In this document: positions 17,355 through 21,323 of the stretch, piece after piece
Layout: each line of letters starts with the position of its first letter
How positions within the stretch are numbered: position 1 is the stretch's first letter
Source of the DNA: an archaeon
GTDB taxonomy: Archaea; Iainarchaeota; Iainarchaeia; Iainarchaeales; Iainarchaeaceae
Length of the DNA stretch: 21,323 nucleotides
Direction of reading: 5' to 3'
NCBI GenBank assembly: GCA_038046625.1
Contig: JBBSVV010000041.1
Coordinates: forward strand, 1 to 21,323
Translations under genes and position numbers: made by a program
The notes under the pieces: generated by a model
What the model was told of the DNA's origin: nothing
What the model saw: only the letters and a program-made list of their open reading frames with translations
Databases searched by the model: none

Positions 17355-17556
17355 AGCGGGGTAGGGCAGCCAGGAGTGCCCGTCGGGCTCATAGGAGATA
17401 TACTATGGCAAACATACAAAACCTCACGAACTCAGATTCAACTGTTCAAAGGAGAAGAAGGTACCGCCAGCTGGAAACTGAAGAAAACTTGGCAAATATA
17501 AGATAGTGTATTACTGAGATACCCGAAGGTCGAAGGTTCAAATCCTTCCCCCGCTA
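17355..17556 (+). tRNA. Initiator tRNA-Met(CAU) with a 127-nt 37/38 intron (17394-17520)
   Basis: AGCGGGG/CCCCGCT acceptor (A1-U72); anticodon stem TCGGG/CCCGA with three G-C pairs; CTCATA[intron]A; BHB helix CTCA/TGAG with TAG and ATA bulges; T-arm GAAGG-TTCAAAT-CCTTC. Confidence 0.95.
17405..17506 (+). CDS. Candidate 33-aa peptide inside the tRNA-iMet intron: MANIQNLTNSDSTVQRRRRYRQLETEENLANIR
   Basis: AGGAG SD 7 nt before ATG; open frame to TAG fills the intron loop. No homology or expression evidence. Confidence 0.45.
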   Translation: MANIQNLTNSDSTVQRRRRYRQLETEENLANIR

Positions 17557-18015
17557 TATTTCTCTTTTTAACCCGAACTAAACTACATAACAACAAGCCG
17601 AATTGCCATGAAATAACCCTACTCAAAAATGTGACCAGTTGGTAAAAGGCCGTGAAAAACCACTCTAAATTCAGGAAAAGTAGCCACCCAACGCCAAAAA
17701 GCGTTTACAAAAAATGTGGCTCTTTGAATCGACTGTAAAAAGCACGCACAATTCTACAAATTTGCCAAAAAACCATTAAAACACACCCACAAATAAATCG
17801 GGTTGCTAACTAATCAAAAAATAGCACTTAAAATAGACTCACTTTTAGTTGCAAATTCACAAAATTATACAAAAAATAGCCTGATTTAAGGTTGAATTCG
17901 TCAAAAGACTGAAAAATAGCAGTAATTACTATAAATATAACACATTACAACGATGAAGAAGCTTAATTACTCTCAAGAAGGTAATTATTTAAAGAGGAAG
18001 TTCGTAATCACTACA

Positions 18016-18444
18016 ATGTTTCTAATTGACTGGATCAGAAAACTTCTCCCGAAACAGGAACAAGAGGCAAAAAAGGGGATTGCCGAATCAAGCATATATG
18101 GTTTCGAAAATGAAGTTGAGGAGATCCACAGCATCTGGGATTACATCAAATTATCCGAGAACTCGCAGGCCGCGCATATTGCGGCAGTCCTCGGTTTTGA
18201 GGAGTGGATAACAATGGAGGAAATTCTCCGCAGGATAAAGGAAATTTTTGGCATGGGCTACCAGAATGACCGGAGCCTTTACCCATACATCAAAACGCTT
18301 GTTGATGTCGGTTTGGTGGAAACAGTCAATATAGGAGGAAAGAAAAAGTGGAGAAAGAAGGATGTGCTGATAAAGCTTAAAGGCAAGAAGGAAAGTGAGG
18401 GGCAGAAAGAGAAAAATAGGGAAAAGGAAAAAGCCGTGGCATGA
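18016..18444 (+). CDS. Hypothetical winged-helix-like protein (alternative start 17953)
   Basis: WITMEEIL..I...SLYPYIKTLVDVGLVET...GGKKKWR resembles a wHTH; TTTAAA lies 22 nt upstream of 18016. Confidence 0.65.
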   Translation: MFLIDWIRKLLPKQEQEAKKGIAESSIYGFENEVEEIHSIWDYIKLSENSQAAHIAAVLGFEEWITMEEILRRIKEIFGMGYQNDRSLYPYIKTLVDVGLVETVNIGGKKKWRKKDVLIKLKGKKESEGQKEKNREKEKAVA

Positions 18445-18450
18445 ACCCAC

Positions 18451-19035
18451 TCAGGGCAGGCCTTTGAGGGTTTTATAGTCGGAAAAGAATTTTTTGAGCT
18501 CGTTATCGTTCGCATAACTGTCCTTGAACCAGGGCGAGGAAACTATTTTTTCGGCCTCGAAAACAGCCGCGGCCGCTATTTCTTTTGAGTGACCTCCCTT
18601 GCCTGTTTTTTCAATTAATGAAGCAAGATCCTCCGTGGATTTGTAGTCTGTGGTGTGCTGGAAGGTCCTTGAAATCTGGCCTTTTATGGCTGAAATGATT
18701 TGGGTTTCCTCGAGATTTTTTTCATCCATGTAAAAAACCGCTTTCCAATCCCCTTTTGCACGCCAATAATGCGAAGGGTTTTTGCCGGTTTTGAAGAAAA
18801 CATCAAGCGAATTGAAAGATTTTGGGGGGATGATTACACAGTTTTTGCCCGGCCTGATATAAGGGAAATCCGAGAGGATGCCCTTTCTGAAGTAATGGTA
18901 GGTTTTGCCATTCGATTTGGTCACATTCTGTGTGTAGCCGTAAAGCGCGCGAAAAAGCTTCTGGTAAGTATAAGACGAGTGCTTCGTGGTTTCCGGAATT
19001 ATGAATTTATACTGGATAAAATAACCTTTATGCAG
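18451..19035 (-). CDS. Hypothetical protein, 194 aa if started at CTG 19035 (ORF track starts at GTG 18924)
   Basis: Frame is open 37 codons upstream of the GTG to a CTG preceded by GGGGGGT. Confidence 0.65.
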   Translation of the reverse strand: MHKGYFIQYKFIIPETTKHSSYTYQKLFRALYGYTQNVTKSNGKTYHYFRKGILSDFPYIRPGKNCVIIPPKSFNSLDVFFKTGKNPSHYWRAKGDWKAVFYMDEKNLEETQIISAIKGQISRTFQHTTDYKSTEDLASLIEKTGKGGHSKEIAAAAVFEAEKIVSSPWFKDSYANDNELKKFFSDYKTLKGLP

Positions 19036-19157
19036 AACTGACCCCCCACACTTCCACTAATATTGCCTTACTAATATAAAACAAATGCTTATGTATAATT
19101 TATAAACATAAGGTTCCGCAGCCTAGAAAGGCATACGGAAAAATGCAAAAAACGTTT

Positions 19158-19454
19158 TTAGCGTCTCCTGTATGTTGGCGAAGCCTTTGAATCACCAGCT
19201 TGCTGTGGTTCCGGCCTCGGGGTCCCGCCGACAATTATTATGTCCTTTACCGACCTAACCCTGTTGTATGGAACGCTTTTTTCGCTGATGATTTTTTTGG
19301 CTTCCTGCTTATTTCTCGCTTTGAGAGCTTCAGTGGTTATTGTCTCAATCCTGCCCTGCTCCAGGTTGATGACAAGATCAAAAACTTTACCCCTGTATCC
19401 AGCCTCAGTCGAGTAGATGTCCATTCCGAACAGCTTTGAAAGCCTGACCGTCAT
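19158..19454 (-). CDS. PRC-barrel domain protein
   Basis: LSKLFGMDIYSTEAGYRGKVFDLVI...VPYNRVRSVKDIIIV; GGAGG SD; TTTATATA at 19503-19510. Confidence 0.85.
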   Translation of the reverse strand: MTVRLSKLFGMDIYSTEAGYRGKVFDLVINLEQGRIETITTEALKARNKQEAKKIISEKSVPYNRVRSVKDIIIVGGTPRPEPQQAGDSKASPTYRRR

Positions 19455-19729
19455 ATATTTCCCTCCGAAAAAATGTTATTTGAAATAATAAATAACGGGT
19501 TGTATATAAAGCTTCTGTCGGGCTGAAAACCCTTTAAATTCAAGCCCTCTACATAATGGATTTTATTCTGCTTTTGCCCTGCCCAATAACGGAGCAGCCA
19601 AATAAGTATTCTACATAATATTTTTAGTGGTTTTTGCCGCTGCTTCCCGCATTTATTTGCATTACCGGAAGTAAGGGGGCGGTGCATCGAAACAACCGTT
19701 CCGGATCGATTTCCTTACCCCCCGACGAG

Positions 19730-20710
19730 TCAGAGTTTATCCAACGGGCTCTCCACCTTTTTCAATTGCTCTGTCGAAACGTGTGTGTAAATCTGTGTCG
19801 TGTTTAAATTGCTGTGCCCCAAAAGCTCCTGGATTTTCCTGATGTTTTCACCAGCCTCAAGCAGGTGCGTGGCAAAGGAATGGCGCAAACTATGCGGGGT
19901 GACGTGCTTCTGGATTCCAGCCCTTTTCGCGGCCCGCCTCACAATCCTTTGAACAGTATCGGAAGTAAGCGGCTTCCCGTTCTTTTTCGAGAACAGGAAA
20001 GGCGATTTCACTTTTTTCCTGTCGACATATTTTTTTGCGTGCCTGCACCAATTCTTTGAAAGTATTATGATGCGGTCTTTCGCGCCCTTTCCTGATTTCA
20101 CTTTGCCGATGCGCTCCTTGAAGTTGATGTCTTCGCCCTTCATTTTCACGGCTTCGCTTACCCTTACCCCTGAAGAATAAATGAACTGCAGCAGCAATCT
20201 ATTCCTGCCGAGCTTTGCCGCTTTCAAAAGCTCGCGCACCTCATCCTTCGTCAAAACAGTAGGCAGGTACTTTGCCTTTTTCGGGCTCTTGATTTCATCA
20301 AGGGCTCCCATTTTCAGGAACTTCTTGAAAAAAAACTTCAAGGCGGAGTAAACCAACGCGACGGTTGTATTGGAGGAATTTTTGTGCTCCTTCATATGCA
20401 CCATGAAGGAAACAACGTCGGGGCGCTGAACGGAGTGCGCATCCTTCTTCGTGAAATTAAGGAAAGCGTTGACGTAAAGCACGTACATTTTGATTGTGCG
20501 CGGGCTGTAACCGGCAATCACAAGCTCCCGGCGGAACTCCTCGACAACAGGCCTTTCCTGTTTCTTTGCTTCGGTAACTGCAGGTTTGGCTGCTCCGTTG
20601 CCGGGCGTAACTGTTCGGTGTGCTCCGTTCGGCCCTTCTTTGTTTGTGCCGCCTTTATCTGCTATGTTTTGCGGCTCCGCAATTCTGCCTGCTCCGTTTT
20701 CTTCAGCCAT
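19730..20710 (-). CDS. xerA: XerA-like tyrosine recombinase
   Basis: YSPRTI..Y N-terminal domain; LPTVLT, GVRVSE, GKGAKDR, HSLRHSFATHLL, LGH, TQIY catalytic set. ATG 20710 avoids overlap with the upstream ORF. Confidence 0.9.
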   Translation of the reverse strand: MAEENGAGRIAEPQNIADKGGTNKEGPNGAHRTVTPGNGAAKPAVTEAKKQERPVVEEFRRELVIAGYSPRTIKMYVLYVNAFLNFTKKDAHSVQRPDVVSFMVHMKEHKNSSNTTVALVYSALKFFFKKFLKMGALDEIKSPKKAKYLPTVLTKDEVRELLKAAKLGRNRLLLQFIYSSGVRVSEAVKMKGEDINFKERIGKVKSGKGAKDRIIILSKNWCRHAKKYVDRKKVKSPFLFSKKNGKPLTSDTVQRIVRRAAKRAGIQKHVTPHSLRHSFATHLLEAGENIRKIQELLGHSNLNTTQIYTHVSTEQLKKVESPLDKL

Positions 20711-20804
20711 ATACAGATACAAACAGTTTTTCAGAGAATAAATAAGTTGCCTAGCCGTGCCAATGCACAAAAAGAGTTTACAAAAGCATGAAACGGCATA
20801 TGAG

Positions 20805-21083
20805 TTAACTAACAATCCTTTTTGGTTGGTGTTTCCTCTGCCTCTGAAGTTTTGCCCGCAATTGCTCGGCCAAATAAGCATAATCTTTTTTTCCCCCATG
20901 TATGGCTGAATAAGGACTGGCCTTCCCAAAACTCTCCTTTGGTTCAGGCTGCGCCTTCTTTGCATACCTGCGAATTTTTCTCAGCCTGCTCTTTCTTTTA
21001 GGGTCCTCTCTGAGTTTTTTTAATTTCTCCAGTTTTTTCCCTGCTAACCAACCCGAAATCAAATTTCTTTGTCTTGGAGGCAT
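20805..21083 (-). CDS. Small basic hypothetical protein
   Basis: 92 aa, K/R-rich; TTTTATA about 25 nt upstream on the minus strand. Confidence 0.55.
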   Translation of the reverse strand: MPPRQRNLISGWLAGKKLEKLKKLREDPKRKSRLRKIRRYAKKAQPEPKESFGKASPYSAIHGGKKDYAYLAEQLRAKLQRQRKHQPKRIVS

Positions 21084-21190
21084 AACAAGTAAGACAACTG
21101 CTTTGCAATATAAAAAGATTCGTGAATTAAACTTGTTTTTGCCTTGCGTGTGTATTTAATATTTTTAAACTCTGCCCCCACACTTCATTT

Positions 21191-21323
21191 ATGGCTCTTA
21201 GAAAGCGCGAAGGGAAGCCCCTGCCCGAAACCTCGGATGTGAAGGTCTGGCGCGAGGAATTCAACGAAAACTTCAAGGGGAAAAAGCCGCTCTTAGGCAC
21301 TGAAACGGAGCAGGGCGATTTAG
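21191..21323 (+). CDS. 5' part of a hypothetical CDS running off the window (MALRKREGKPLPETSDVKVWREEF...)
   Basis: ATG 21191, 44 open codons to the window end; TTTTAAA about 22 nt upstream. Confidence 0.55.
   Translation, partial: MALRKREGKPLPETSDVKVWREEFNENFKGKKPLLGTETEQGDL

Noticed and set aside
17394..17520. Box C/D guide RNA in the intron
   Set aside because: CTGA occurs twice, but no RTGATGA box C is present.
19451..19687. 78-aa ORF between xerA and the PRC-barrel gene
   Set aside because: Spans the PRC gene's TATA and SD; no motif support.
19730..20710. Integron integrase
   Set aside because: No IntI-specific insertion between GKGAKDR and PFLF, and no attC-like array seen.
17556..20710. 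Integrated element from tRNA-iMet to the recombinase
   Set aside because: No duplicated tRNA 3' end seen, and the genes look chromosomal.
20711..20965. N-terminal extension of xerA
   Set aside because: Overlaps the 92-aa ORF and has no domain character.

Overview
Archaeal chromosomal segment, probably DPANN (inferred from TFE, Trm56, archaeal-type TpiA, BHB tRNA introns and TATA promoters; a Diapherotrites/Iainarchaeota-like host is only a guess). In order: end of a suf operon (sufB-sufD-sufS-U-type scaffold), tpiA, corA, a long RelA/SpoT homologue, an ABC-permease remnant, a KaiC-like ATPase, a prenyltransferase, a surface protein, a minus-strand translation cluster (tRNA-Phe with D-loop intron, small membrane ORF, intron-containing tRNA-Lys(CUU), free-standing HTH-LAGLIDADG gene, class II lysS, tRNA-Lys(UUU), serS), trm56, tfe, initiator tRNA-Met, two hypotheticals, a PRC-barrel gene and a XerA-like recombinase. 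Top observations: (1) the 127-nt intron of initiator tRNA-Met is almost filled by a Shine-Dalgarno-led 33-codon ORF; (2) an archaeal RelA-type (p)ppGpp synthetase with a degenerate hydrolase; (3) a perfect BHB intron at tRNA-Phe position 18/19; (4) a 16-bp direct repeat bracketing the LAGLIDADG/tRNA-Lys segment; (5) class II LysRS flanked by two tRNA-Lys genes that both have G2-U71.
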